64,000 nucleotides of DNA from an uncultured Eubacteriales bacterium (GCA_964449165.1 CAYVAT010000013.1:407-64406); one strand, 5' to 3'; counted from the stretch's first letter, positions 1-10,038 are shown. The notes: a model not told the origin generated them from the letters alone. Numbers and translations: made by a program.

Positions 1-1985
1 TGGGAATTACTCTAAAAGAGATTATTTATGATATTGGAGGCGGGATTCCCAAGGGAAAAAAATTTAAGGCAGTTCAGACCGGTGGACCATCAGGAGGCTG
101 TATCCCTGCAAGTCTGATTGATTTGCCAGTGGATTATGAAAAGTTGACTGAAGCCGGTTCCATAATGGGTTCCGGTGGAATGATTGTGATGGATGAAGAT
201 ACGTGTGTAGTGGATGTAGCGAAATATTTTATCGAGTTTACAAATGATGAATCCTGCGGAAAATGTTCATCCTGTAGAGAAGGCTCATCCCAACTCCTTG
301 AAATACTAAAAAAAATAACCAGGGGAGAAGGTGAAGAACAAGATCTTCAGACTTTGGAGGACCTCAGCCATGTGATAAAAGATACCTCAATGTGTGGATT
401 GGGTCAGACGCTGCCGAACCCGGTATTAAGCACATTGAAATATTTCATAAATGAATATATAGAACATATTAAATATAAAAGATGTTCTGCTTTAGTATGT
501 AAAGGTATAATTTCATCCGCCTGTCAGCATATATGTCCATTATCGCAGGATGTGCCCAGTTATATAGGGCTCATTGCTCAGGGAAAATTTGATGAAGCGA
601 TTAAAGTCGTAAGAAAAGAGAACCCATTACCCCTTATTTGCGGACGTGTATGTCATGCTCCTTGTGAAGAAAAGTGTGTAGCAGGGGAATGGGGTGATTC
701 CATAGCAATTAGATCGCTGAAACGTTTCCTCGCAGATTATGAGATGAAGAATGGGGTTATCATTGAAGAAAAACCGAAAAGTGAGAGAGCGGAGAAGATT
801 GCTGTGGTCGGTTCCGGTCCTGGAGGATTGACTTGTGCACATTACCTCGCCTTGGAGGGATATAAAGTTACTGTTTTTGAGAGTCAGGAAGTACCTGGAG
901 GCATGCTTGCGTTAGGCATCCCGGAATTCAGATTACCCAAGGGTGTATTGAAATATGAAATAGGCAGGATACGAAAATTAGGGGTTGAAATTAAAACAAA
1001 TACTACGATTGGGAAAGATATTCCGCTTGATAAGCTGAAAGAAGATTATAAGGCAATCTTCATTGCTGTCGGTGCCCACAAGGGTTTGAAGATGAAAGTC
1101 CCAGGTGAAGATTCTAAAGGAGTAATCGATGCGGTGGAATTCCTGAGGGATGTTAACCTGGGTCGCGAAGTAAAAATTGGGGATAAGGTTATAGTTATTG
1201 GTGGTGGAAATTCAGCCATAGATGCGGCTCGAGTAGTAAAACGAATGGGAAAGGACACGGAGATTTTATACCGAAGGACAAGAGCAGAGATGCCCGCTAT
1301 TAAGAGTGAAATCGAAGAAGCCATCATAGAGGGCATTGATATACAATTTCTCGCAGCTCCAGTTAAAGTTCTATCGAGCAATGGAAAAATGGAGGCTATA
1401 GAGGCTATCAGGATGGAACTAGGAGATGTAGATGCGAGCGGTAGAAGGCGCCCTGTTCCGATTGAGGGATCTGAATTTAAAATCAATGTGGATACTCTGA
1501 TCCTGGCCATAAGTCAGGAACCAGATGTGTCTTTATTGAATGGAAATGGATTGAATATTTCTAAGTGGAACACAATTGAAGTCGATCCTGAGACTCTTCA
1601 TACAAATATCGAGGGAGTATTTGCAGGTGGCGATGTGGTGACCGGCCCGAATACAGTAACCGAAGCCATGGCTCACGGAAAAGTTGGAGCTCAAATGATA
1701 GATAAATATATACGGGGAGATAAGCTGGAAAGAAAATACAAGGTGACTCGTCCGGCAGTCCGCGTTGAAGCCCTTGAGGTTGCAGAAGAAGAAATCAAAG
1801 AGCTCAAAAAACCTAAAATGCCATCGATGCCTATTGCTGAAAGGGTTAAGAGTTTCAAAGAAGTTGAATTGGGATTCACAGAAGCGGATGCGATTACTGA
1901 AGCGAAGCGTTGTCTCCGGTGTGATCTAGAAAGAGAAGAAGATAAAGCAGCAGAGAAAAAGAAGAATAACGAAGGGAAAAAATAA
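1..1985 (+). CDS. NuoF-like NAD(P)H-binding flavoprotein (C-terminal part) fused to a GltD-like FAD/NAD(P) oxidoreductase. It is 5'-partial: the reading frame is open from nucleotide 3.
   Basis: The frame opens upstream of the ORF-track Met: nt 3-122 translate to [35 protein letters not shown], the NuoF/HoxF FMN-NADH region. The [4Fe-4S] motif [12 protein letters not shown] and MCGLGQT are present. They are followed by a GltD-type Fe-S region ([13 protein letters not shown]) and a Rossmann motif [19 protein letters not shown]. Confidence 0.8.
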   Translation, partial: GITLKEIIYDIGGGIPKGKKFKAVQTGGPSGGCIPASLIDLPVDYEKLTEAGSIMGSGGMIVMDEDTCVVDVAKYFIEFTNDESCGKCSSCREGSSQLLEILKKITRGEGEEQDLQTLEDLSHVIKDTSMCGLGQTLPNPVLSTLKYFINEYIEHIKYKRCSALVCKGIISSACQHICPLSQDVPSYIGLIAQGKFDEAIKVVRKENPLPLICGRVCHAPCEEKCVAGEWGDSIAIRSLKRFLADYEMKNGVIIEEKPKSERAEKIAVVGSGPGGLTCAHYLALEGYKVTVFESQEVPGGMLALGIPEFRLPKGVLKYEIGRIRKLGVEIKTNTTIGKDIPLDKLKEDYKAIFIAVGAHKGLKMKVPGEDSKGVIDAVEFLRDVNLGREVKIGDKVIVIGGGNSAIDAARVVKRMGKDTEILYRRTRAEMPAIKSEIEEAIIEGIDIQFLAAPVKVLSSNGKMEAIEAIRMELGDVDASGRRRPVPIEGSEFKINVDTLILAISQEPDVSLLNGNGLNISKWNTIEVDPETLHTNIEGVFAGGDVVTGPNTVTEAMAHGKVGAQMIDKYIRGDKLERKYKVTRPAVRVEALEVAEEEIKELKKPKMPSMPIAERVKSFKEVELGFTEADAITEAKRCLRCDLEREEDKAAEKKKNNEGKK

Positions 1986-2085
1986 TGCTTCTTGAGATTG
2001 AAATTTTGGCATCTGATGACAAGAAGATACCAGGAATTGTAAACATAGAGAATTGTATTGAATGTGTTATAAGCGGAGGCTTGGC

Positions 2086-5000
2086 GTGATAGAGCTGACA
2101 ATAGATGGTAAGAAGAGTGAATTTCCTGAGGGTAAAACACTATTAGAATGTATTAAGAGTACTGGAATAAAGATACCGACTCTCTGTTATCATAAAGCTT
2201 TAACTCCATATGGAGCATGCAGATTATGTGTTGTAGAAGTGACTCAAGGCAACAGAACGGCAATTCAGGCTTCATGCACTTATCCGGCTATCAATGGTTT
2301 AATAGTGAACACCCATACTGAAAGAATAATAAAATCGAGAAAAATTATAGTTGAGCTATTATTAGCGAGATGCCCCGATTCAAAGGAGATACAGAAAATA
2401 GCAGAAGAATTGGGTGTAAAGGAAACACGGTTTAAGAAAAAAAATGAGGATTGTTTTCTTTGTGGCTTATGCGTGAGGATGTGTAATGAAAGGATGGGTA
2501 TCAGTGCAATCAATTTCGTTAATCGCGGTCCCCATAAGAAAGTAAGCCCGCCATTTGACGTGGTTTCTGATGTATGCCAGACATGTGGCGCCTGTGCTTT
2601 TATTTGTCCAACAGAAAGGATTAAACTCGAGGAAATCAGCAAGAATAAAGAAGTCCCCATATTGGATGAGTACAATGAAAGATTAATTAAAAGATCAGCT
2701 GCTTATATCCCATATCCTCAGGCTGTTCCTAATAAAGCTGTAATTGATGAGAGATATTGCGTACATATGCTTAAGGATGAATGTGGAGTCTGCAAAGAGT
2801 TTTGTGAAGCAGATGCAATTGATTATGAACAAAAAGAAAAGAAGAGTGAATTAAACGTCGGTGCAGTAGTTGTATCCCCAGGATTTGATATATTTGACGC
2901 AAAAATCAAGGAAGAATATGGATATGGATTATATCCAAATGTTGTTACGTCGCTTGAATTTGAAAGAATCTTATCTTCTACAGGGCCGTATCTCGGCAAA
3001 GTCTTAAGACCCAGTGATGGGACAAAGCCAAAAAGGATAGGATTTATTCAATGTGTCGGCTCGCGTGACATAGATCGGGATTATTGTTCCTCTGTATGCT
3101 GTATGTATGCGACAAAGGAAGCTATCATCGCTAAAGAGCATGCGGGTGAAGATTTAGAATGTGATATATTTTTTATGGACATGCGCGCATTCGGTAAAGG
3201 ATTTGATGCGTATTATCAAAGGGCAAAGGAACTTGGAGTAGATTATATCCGATGTCGTCCAGCTGCTGTGAAAGAAATTTCTCAAACAAAAAATCTTATA
3301 ATTGAGTATCTGATTGAAGATGATAAGAAAGTTTCTCGTGAATATGACATGGTTGTTCTATCTGTCGGTATAGTACCTCCAAAATCTGTAAAGGAAATTT
3401 CTGAAAAATTTGGCATCGAATTGAATGAATTTAACTTCTGTAAGACAGATCCATTTAGACCTGTTGAATCGACACGGGAGGGAATTTATACGTCAGGGCC
3501 TTTCACAGAGCCTAAAGATATACCTGAGACCATAATGCAAGCATCCGGAGCCTCATCAAAAGTTTTATCCCTTTTAAAAGACGTTAAAGGCAACTTAATA
3601 ACCCCAAAGGAATATCCGCCAGAAATAGATGTAGAAGGGCAGGAGCCAAGAATCGGAGTATTTATATGCCATTGCGGGACAAATATAGGCGGAGTGGTAA
3701 ATGTTCCAAGAGTCGTTGAATTTGCAAAAACACTTCCTAATGTTGTTTATGCAGAAGATAATTTATTTACCTGTTCAAATGATACTCAAAAAAAAATAAA
3801 AGAGAAAATAAAAGAACATAAGTTAAATCGTGTAGTCGTTGCTTCTTGTACGCCAAGGACTCACGAACCTCTATTCAGACATACAGTCCGGGAGGCGGGA
3901 CTAAACCCATATCTTTTTGAAATGGCGAATATCAGGGATCAATGCTCATGGATTCATATGCATGAACCTGAAAAAGCCACAGAGAAATCCAAAGACCTGG
4001 TGAGAATGACCGTAGCTAAATCAAGATTATTAGCACCTCTTCAAAAAATATCAGTACCAATAATAAAATCAGCGCTTGTTATCGGTGGCGGACTTTCTGG
4101 GATGACGTCTGCGCTTGAACTGGCAAGTCAAGGGTTTGATGTATATTTAGTGGAAAAAGAAAAAGAGCTGGGTGGAAATCTGAGACGTCTTCACTACTTA
4201 GTAACCGGAGAAAATCCGCAAGATGAGTTAAAAAAGCTTATTGAAAATGTAAAAAAGAATAAGAAAATCCATTTATATACAGAAGCCAGAATAGAAAAAT
4301 TTGAAGGTTCAATCGGAAATTTTAAAACAACTATTTCTTCAAAAGGAAAGTCAATAGAGCTTGGCCATGGTGTAGTGGTTGTTGCAACCGGTGCACAAGA
4401 ATATAAACCGAAAGAGTATTTATATGGTCAGCATGAAAGGGTTTTAACCCAACTCGAACTTGAAGAGCGCCTAAGCACAAACGGCGAGTGGTCAGCTCCA
4501 GATAAAAATCAAATGCCCAGGACCATTGTAATGATTCAATGCGTTGGCTCACGGGATGATGAAAGGCCTTATTGCTCAAGGGTTTGTTGTACAGAAGCTG
4601 TGAAGAACGCCTTAAAAATAAAAGAACTTTCACCTGAAGCATATATATATATATTGTACCGAGATATAAGAACTTATGGATTTAACGAAAGCTTCTATAC
4701 AGAAGCAAGGCGAAAGAACGTTGTATTCGTAAGGTATGATGAAGACCGGAAACCAGAAGTTTCAAAAAACGGAAACGGATTGCGGGTGGAAGTCTTTGAC
4801 CAGACTTTAAGGATGCCGATTGAGATATCTGCGGATTTAGTCGTGTTGTCAGCAGGAATAGTTCCAAATGATGACAGCGAAACAATTTCTCAATTTTTAA
4901 AAGTTCCTTTAAACACCGATGGATTTTTCCTTGAGGCACACATGAAGCTGAGACCGGTTGACTTTTCCACTGACGGTGTGTTTCTTGCGGGGATAGCCCA

Positions 5001-5352
5001 CAGCCCGAAGACGGTTTCAGAAAGCATTGCCCAGGCAGAGGCTGCCGCCTGCCGTGCAGCAGCAATTTTAAGCAAGGACGAGTATGAAACCGAGGCCACG
5101 ATTTCCTCGGTGAATGAAGAACTCTGTACCGGGTGCGGTACATGTGTCGAGGTATGCGAATTTGACACTCTTGAACTTGTCGAAACACCTGAGGGCGAGA
5201 TGGTATGCAGAGTGAATCAAGCGCTCTGCAAAGGCTGCGGCTGCTGCGCAGCGGCGTGCCCGAGCGGGGCGATCGAACAGAATGGCTTCAGGAGAGACCA
5301 GATCCTTTCAGCGGTTGATGCAGCAACAGCCTGGGGAGAAGAAAGTGGCTAA
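2086..5352 (+). CDS. Multidomain fusion: NuoG-like N-terminal 2Fe-2S/4Fe-4S domain, then a partial HdrA-like FAD segment, then a complete HdrA-like module (N-domain, FAD, C-terminal 2x[4Fe-4S]).
   Basis: The N-terminus TIDGKKSEFPEGKTLLECIKSTGIKIPTLCYH...GACRLCVV is NuoG/HydA-like, with Cys motifs CFLCGLCVRMC and CQTCGACAFICP. HdrA signatures QCVGSRD...YCSSVCC occur twice, plus GVFICHCGTNIGG, the dinucleotide motif VIGGGLSGM, and C-terminal CTGCGTCVEVCE / CKGCGCCAAACP. The likely start is GTG 2086 with a GGAGG 6 nt upstream; the ORF-track ATG 2062 is the alternative. Confidence 0.75.
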   Translation: MIELTIDGKKSEFPEGKTLLECIKSTGIKIPTLCYHKALTPYGACRLCVVEVTQGNRTAIQASCTYPAINGLIVNTHTERIIKSRKIIVELLLARCPDSKEIQKIAEELGVKETRFKKKNEDCFLCGLCVRMCNERMGISAINFVNRGPHKKVSPPFDVVSDVCQTCGACAFICPTERIKLEEISKNKEVPILDEYNERLIKRSAAYIPYPQAVPNKAVIDERYCVHMLKDECGVCKEFCEADAIDYEQKEKKSELNVGAVVVSPGFDIFDAKIKEEYGYGLYPNVVTSLEFERILSSTGPYLGKVLRPSDGTKPKRIGFIQCVGSRDIDRDYCSSVCCMYATKEAIIAKEHAGEDLECDIFFMDMRAFGKGFDAYYQRAKELGVDYIRCRPAAVKEISQTKNLIIEYLIEDDKKVSREYDMVVLSVGIVPPKSVKEISEKFGIELNEFNFCKTDPFRPVESTREGIYTSGPFTEPKDIPETIMQASGASSKVLSLLKDVKGNLITPKEYPPEIDVEGQEPRIGVFICHCGTNIGGVVNVPRVVEFAKTLPNVVYAEDNLFTCSNDTQKKIKEKIKEHKLNRVVVASCTPRTHEPLFRHTVREAGLNPYLFEMANIRDQCSWIHMHEPEKATEKSKDLVRMTVAKSRLLAPLQKISVPIIKSALVIGGGLSGMTSALELASQGFDVYLVEKEKELGGNLRRLHYLVTGENPQDELKKLIENVKKNKKIHLYTEARIEKFEGSIGNFKTTISSKGKSIELGHGVVVVATGAQEYKPKEYLYGQHERVLTQLELEERLSTNGEWSAPDKNQMPRTIVMIQCVGSRDDERPYCSRVCCTEAVKNALKIKELSPEAYIYILYRDIRTYGFNESFYTEARRKNVVFVRYDEDRKPEVSKNGNGLRVEVFDQTLRMPIEISADLVVLSAGIVPNDDSETISQFLKVPLNTDGFFLEAHMKLRPVDFSTDGVFLAGIAHSPKTVSESIAQAEAAACRAAAILSKDEYETEATISSVNEELCTGCGTCVEVCEFDTLELVETPEGEMVCRVNQALCKGCGCCAAACPSGAIEQNGFRRDQILSAVDAATAWGEESG

Positions 5353-5770
5353 GGAATTCGAACCCAGAATAGTGGCATTTCTTTGCAACTGGTGCTCGTA
5401 TGCTGGTGCAGATCTGGCTGGCGTCAGCAGGCTGCAGATGCCTCCCACATTCAGGGTTATCCGTGTGATGTGTTCGAGCCGCGTCGACCCGATGTTCGTG
5501 GTCAAAGCGTTTCTCGAAGGCGCTGACGGCGTGATCATGGCCGGATGCCTCCCGGGAGATTGTCACTACTTAAAGGGAAATTACTATGCGCGTCGAAGAT
5601 TTGCGGTTTTGAAAAAGACCTTTGAGAGTCTCGGATTGGAGCCTGAGCGTCTCCGGCTTTCGTGGGTTTCGGCCTCTGATGGACCGCGTTATGCGGAGGT
5701 CGTAAAAGAGTTCACAGAGGAAATACGAAAATTAGGACCTAGCCCGGCTCGTAGGGAAGTGTTTATCTAA
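5347..5770 (+). CDS. MvhD-like protein ([2Fe-2S] electron-transfer subunit of Mvh/Hdr complexes)
   Basis: FEPRIVAFLCNWCSYAGADLAG...RVMCSSRVDP...GCLPGDCHY is the MvhD signature. The start is uncertain: the ORF opens at 5282 and overlaps the upstream gene. GTG 5347 follows a GGGGAG, but ATG 5318 is also possible. Confidence 0.7.
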
Positions 5771-5872
5771 AGAAGACAGTATGTTAGGTCGAAAAAAGTA
5801 GTTCACAGGTTAAAGCAATAAAATTGGATATCGTGCCCATATTATTAAAAATTAAATAAGGAGAGAGAAAAG

Positions 5873-6229
5873 ATGGCAAAGATGGCAATTACATGCAATG
5901 GTTCGGCCGCACCGAATGTTTATCCGACCTTCATTCTCGGATCTTCAGCAGTGGCATCGGGTGATGAGGTAATCCTGTTCTTTACCCCGGGCGGAGCACC
6001 AGCCCTGGTGAAAGGCGAAATGGAGAAGATGCAGGACATAAAAGGGTACCCGAATTTGATTGAGCTGTACAATGGTATGGTCGAACTTGGGGCCAAAATC
6101 TACGCTTGCGAAATTTGCCTTGAGGCAAAGGATTTGAAGAAGGAAGACTTCAGGGAGGGAGTTGAGATCGTTGGGGCTACATCGTTTGTTAACGAGATTA
6201 AGGACGCGACAATTACGTTCTCGTTCTAG
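5873..6229 (+). CDS. DsrE/DsrF-like sulfur-relay family protein
   Basis: 118 aa of small alpha/beta protein with MAKMAITCNGS...ILFFTPGGAP...IYACEICLEAKDL. Size and conserved Cys context fit the DsrE/TusD family. A strong RBS, AAGGAGAGAG, lies upstream. Confidence 0.6.
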   Translation: MAKMAITCNGSAAPNVYPTFILGSSAVASGDEVILFFTPGGAPALVKGEMEKMQDIKGYPNLIELYNGMVELGAKIYACEICLEAKDLKKEDFREGVEIVGATSFVNEIKDATITFSF

Positions 6230-6264
6230 AGATCGATATAGGAAAATAAAAGGAGGAAGGAATA

Positions 6265-6486
6265 ATGGCTAATTATACGTTGGATACCCTAGGACTTAAA
6301 TGCCCACAGCCGGTTCTGAAGGTGGCTGTGAAGGCAAAGGAATTGCAGCCGGGAGACATGTTGGAGGTTATAGCCGACTGTGAGTCTTTTCCTAAAGATA
6401 TTGAGGCATGGTGCCAGAAGACAGGAAAGACGCTGCTTTTCTGTAATACAGAAGGTGGTAAACATACAGCACAGATTCAATTCTAG
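6265..6486 (+). CDS. TusA-like sulfurtransferase (SirA/YedF/YeeD family)
   Basis: 73 aa; LDTLGLKCPQPVLK carries the diagnostic CPxP motif of TusA-family sulfur carriers. RBS AAGGAGGAAGG lies upstream. Confidence 0.75.
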   Translation: MANYTLDTLGLKCPQPVLKVAVKAKELQPGDMLEVIADCESFPKDIEAWCQKTGKTLLFCNTEGGKHTAQIQF

Positions 6487-6606
6487 TTTTCAGTGATTGA
6501 TAGTTAGTAGCTAACAGGGATCGGATTCAGCCTTCCTGTCGGCTATTTCTATCAGCTTGTCGGAGTGGAGGCTGCATTGCCGGAGGAACAAGAAAAGGAA
6601 GAAAAG

Positions 6607-7026
6607 ATGAGCGAGGAATTTGAGCCGCGTATAGTTGCTTTTTTATGCAACTGGTGTTCGTATGCCGGTGCGGATGTGGCGGGTTCGAGCAAACTAGAGA
6701 TGCCGCCTACCATAACACCCGTGAAGGTAATGTGTTCGAGCCGGGTTGATCCGGTAATGGTGATCACAGCTTTTCTGCGCGGGGCCGACGGTGTGCTGAT
6801 TGCCGGATGTCATCCGGGAGATTGTCACTACGACAAAGGCAATTATTACGCGCGCAGGCGATTTGCGGTTTTAAGAGAAATTTTCAATACGCTTAGACTT
6901 GAAGGGGAGCGGTTGAGGCTTTCCTGGGTCTCCGCGTCGGAAGGACCGCGATACGCAGAGGTAGTGCGGGAGTTTTCCGAAAAGATCAAGCAGTTGGGCC
7001 CGAACCCTGTAAAACAGAAGACATAA
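6607..7026 (+). CDS. MvhD-like protein, second paralog
   Basis: MSEEFEPRIVAFLCNWCSYAGADVAG...VMCSSRVDP...GCHPGDCHY. The ORF-track start is GTG 6565; ATG 6607 with AAGGAAG upstream matches paralog N-termini better. Confidence 0.7.
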   Translation: MSEEFEPRIVAFLCNWCSYAGADVAGSSKLEMPPTITPVKVMCSSRVDPVMVITAFLRGADGVLIAGCHPGDCHYDKGNYYARRRFAVLREIFNTLRLEGERLRLSWVSASEGPRYAEVVREFSEKIKQLGPNPVKQKT

Positions 7027-7053
7027 AACACCTTCAGGTGCTGGAGAAAGACT

Positions 7054-8340
7054 ATGACTAAAAAACAGCAAGAGGCCAAGGATCAGGTTCTTGTGATCGG
7101 TGCGGGAATGGCCGGGATCGAGGCCAGCCTTACACTGGCCTCTGCCGACAAGAAGGTCTACCTCGTGGAGAAGGAACCGCTGTTCGGCGGAAAGGTTATC
7201 AAGTTCGAAGAAGTCTTTGCCAACATGGAATGCTCCACATGTATGGCAGCGCCGAAACAGCAAGAAGTGCTTCAGAATGAGAAGATCGAGTTGCTTACGC
7301 TCAGCAAGGTAAAAGAAGTTAAAGGAGAAGCGGGTAATTTTACTGTAAAGATTGAAAAAAAGGCAAGATACGTGAGCCTCGAGGACTGCATAGGCTGTAA
7401 CGAGTGTTTTGAACCCTGCCCGGTAAGTCTGCCCAATGAGTTCGAGGAGAACCTGGGTGAGAGAAAGGCTATATATATCCCCTGTCCCGGCGCGCTACCG
7501 AATGCCCCGTCGATAGATACAGATAATTGCGTGAGATTCACGAAGGGAGAAGATTGCCAGTTGTGCAAGGAAGCCTGCATGTTTGAGGCAATCGATTTCG
7601 ACCAGAAAGATGAAGAAGTGGAACTCAATGTTGGGGCCATAATTGTAGCTACAGGATTTGACCTTATGGATTCCGAGCAGATTTCTGACTGGGGTTACAA
7701 TGGCGAAGCGAACGTGTATACCGCACTTGAGATGGAAAGGTTGTATGCGTCGAACGGGCCAACTGCGGGAAAAATCATTTTAAGAAACAATAAAGAACCG
7801 GCATCCGCGGCAATGATTCACTGTGTGGGACGCGAAAAAGCGGGTTACTGTTCTGGCGTATGCTGTATGTACAGTTTCAAGTTTATTCATTACTTGAAAG
7901 ACAAACTGCCGGAAATAAAACTGTATGATGTCTACAGCGACTTTTGTATGCCAGGCAAGAGCTATCAGCCATTTTTCGAGCATTTGAAAGATAAAACAGA
8001 GTCGGTTCGGTTCCAAGATCTGAAAATCGTGCATCAGAACGGTAAAGTACGGATCAAATATAAATCCTTGGCAGGCAAGGAGGAAAAACTGGATGTAGAT
8101 ATGGTGATTCTTGCACCCGCTATCGTGCCCGCCAAGGGGGCATCGGAATTGGCCAAGAAACTGGGCATTGAACAAACTGAGAGCGGATTTTTTGGTTTTC
8201 AATCGAGTGACCGTTCACCGGAGGAGAGCGGCCGTGAGGGGATTTATCTTGCGGGGTGTGTTCTCGGGCCCGAAGACATTGGCAGAGCAATTGCCCAGGC
8301 CGAGGCAGCGGCAGGGAAAGTACTTGCATTGCTTAGTTGA
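7054..8340 (+). CDS. HdrA-like flavoprotein, central module: FAD domain with inserted 2x[4Fe-4S] ferredoxin, lacking the HdrA N- and C-terminal domains
   Basis: VLVIGAGMAGIEASL, FEEVFANMECSTCM, CIGCNECFEPCP, CQLCKEAC, IHCVGREKAGYCSGVCCMY. It is collinear with residues ~140-560 of the canonical HdrA at 15747-17669. Confidence 0.75.
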   Translation: MTKKQQEAKDQVLVIGAGMAGIEASLTLASADKKVYLVEKEPLFGGKVIKFEEVFANMECSTCMAAPKQQEVLQNEKIELLTLSKVKEVKGEAGNFTVKIEKKARYVSLEDCIGCNECFEPCPVSLPNEFEENLGERKAIYIPCPGALPNAPSIDTDNCVRFTKGEDCQLCKEACMFEAIDFDQKDEEVELNVGAIIVATGFDLMDSEQISDWGYNGEANVYTALEMERLYASNGPTAGKIILRNNKEPASAAMIHCVGREKAGYCSGVCCMYSFKFIHYLKDKLPEIKLYDVYSDFCMPGKSYQPFFEHLKDKTESVRFQDLKIVHQNGKVRIKYKSLAGKEEKLDVDMVILAPAIVPAKGASELAKKLGIEQTESGFFGFQSSDRSPEESGREGIYLAGCVLGPEDIGRAIAQAEAAAGKVLALLS

Positions 8341-8355
8341 GCGAAGAGGAGTGTA

Positions 8356-10038
8356 ATGGAGAAGAAGAGCGTAATGGATAGGAAAATCGGCGTTTATGTT
8401 TGTGAATGCGGGCCGAACATAGCAGATGCTCTGGATATAGACAGGGTTATCGAAGCTGTGTCGGGCATGGAGAATGTCGCTGTTATCGATAGGTATAAAC
8501 TCCTGTGCTCCCCGGACGGGAAGAAATACCTTGCCGAGCAGATAAAAGAACATGGGCTGACACACTTGGTGGTTGGAGCGTGTTCCCCAAAACAGCATGA
8601 AGCGACTTTTATGGGCGTATGTAAAGAAGGTGGGATGAATCCTTTCCTGATGCAGATGGCCAATCTTCGAGAGCAGATCGCATGGATAACTCCAGACAAA
8701 GAAAAAGCTACCGAACGGGCGATCAGGCACATGAAAGCGGCTGTTCGACGTGTCCGGTATCACGCGCCGTTGGAACAAAAAGAAATTGAATGTAATGCAG
8801 ATGTGCTGGTCATAGGTGGAGGTATAGCGGGAATGTCGGCAGCCCTGCTGCTGAGCAGTCCGGACCGAAAAGTGTTTCTAGTCGAAAAGAATACAGAACT
8901 CGGAGGAATGGTTTCAAGATACGAGAAGCTCTTTCCGGATATGATCAGAGGCAGTGAGATTACGGAAAGGCGCGTCAAGAGCTTGAAAGAAGACGATAAT
9001 ATCGAGGTGCTAACAGGTACAAAAGTGGAGAAAATCCTCGGCTTTTTCGGAAACTTTGTAGTTACTGTCCGCGAAGGAGAATCCGAACCTCGAGAGTTTA
9101 AAGTGGGAGCTGTTGTAGTGGCCACAGGTGCAGACCTTTTCGATCCCGGTACCCTGGAGGAATACGCGTACGGGAAGATAAAAAATGTTGTTACTGCCCC
9201 CGAGGTTGAAGAAATGAATCTGAAAGGAAACATTAAGCTCGAAAACGGAAAAGAACCGAAAAGTGTTGGGATTATTCATTGCGTTGGTCGGAAAGAGAAA
9301 GGGTACTGCTCAGAGGTGTGCTGCAGAGCGGGGATGAAGATATCGCGCTATCTGAAAGAAAAGATTCCGGCCGTTTCAATAAAGCATTTTTATCAGGATC
9401 TCTGTGTTCCGGGCTCTGGAGCGCAGGCGTTCTACGAGGAGACCCGGGATGCGGGGGCGGAGTTTGTCTGCACAGATACAGTTAAACTGAAGGAGTCCGA
9501 TAAAAATATCAAAATAGATCACGACGGTAAAGTTGATACAGTAGACATGGCGGTCCTTCTGCCCGCAATAGAACCGGCAGAAGACACTTCTGATATTTCC
9601 GAAATGCTCGGTGTTGAAAAGGGAAAGGGAGGATTTCTTACGGAAGAACACGAGAAGATAAGCCCGGTCACTACAACCGTCGAAGGAGTATGCCTGGCCG
9701 GGTCTGTTTCAGGACCAAAAACCGTACGTGACGCCGTGTCCCAGTCAGAAGCTGCAGCGGGGAAGATACTTTCCTCATTGGTGCCGGGTCGAAAACTGGA
9801 AACAGAAGCCAAGACTTCGAAAATATTCGAGAATTTGTGTACGGGCTGTAGAACTTGTCTGACGGTATGCTGTTACAGCGCAATCGAGTATGATGAATCG
9901 AGAGGAGTTTGTGTGGTTAATGAGGTGCTCTGCAAGGGATGCGGGAATTGCGCAGCAGCTTGCCCCTCTGGAGCGGCAATGCATCAGCAATTTACACCAA
10001 AACAAATCTACAGGGAAGTGATAGAGATATTGCGATGA
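8356..10038 (+). CDS. HdrA-like flavoprotein with N-terminal Cys domain and C-terminal 2x[4Fe-4S], but no inserted ferredoxin domain
   Basis: IGVYVCECGPNI...LLCSPDG...VGACSPKQ; VLVIGGGIAGMSAAL; IHCVGRKEKGYCSEVCC; C-terminal CTGCRTCLTVCC and CKGCGNCAAACPSG. RBS GAGGAG lies upstream. Confidence 0.75.
   Translation: MEKKSVMDRKIGVYVCECGPNIADALDIDRVIEAVSGMENVAVIDRYKLLCSPDGKKYLAEQIKEHGLTHLVVGACSPKQHEATFMGVCKEGGMNPFLMQMANLREQIAWITPDKEKATERAIRHMKAAVRRVRYHAPLEQKEIECNADVLVIGGGIAGMSAALLLSSPDRKVFLVEKNTELGGMVSRYEKLFPDMIRGSEITERRVKSLKEDDNIEVLTGTKVEKILGFFGNFVVTVREGESEPREFKVGAVVVATGADLFDPGTLEEYAYGKIKNVVTAPEVEEMNLKGNIKLENGKEPKSVGIIHCVGRKEKGYCSEVCCRAGMKISRYLKEKIPAVSIKHFYQDLCVPGSGAQAFYEETRDAGAEFVCTDTVKLKESDKNIKIDHDGKVDTVDMAVLLPAIEPAEDTSDISEMLGVEKGKGGFLTEEHEKISPVTTTVEGVCLAGSVSGPKTVRDAVSQSEAAAGKILSSLVPGRKLETEAKTSKIFENLCTGCRTCLTVCCYSAIEYDESRGVCVVNEVLCKGCGNCAAACPSGAAMHQQFTPKQIYREVIEILR

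Noticed and set aside
627-2140. Several antisense ORFs in the track (627-842, 1046-1510, 1691-2140; similarly 2280-2675, 4331-5188, 13225-13992, 16041-16388, 29824-30540, 31141-32803 and others) overlap long genes with clear domain content.
   Set aside because: They lie opposite or out of frame to strongly supported CDSs with recognisable motifs. They are low-complexity with no RBS, so I treat them as shadow ORFs.
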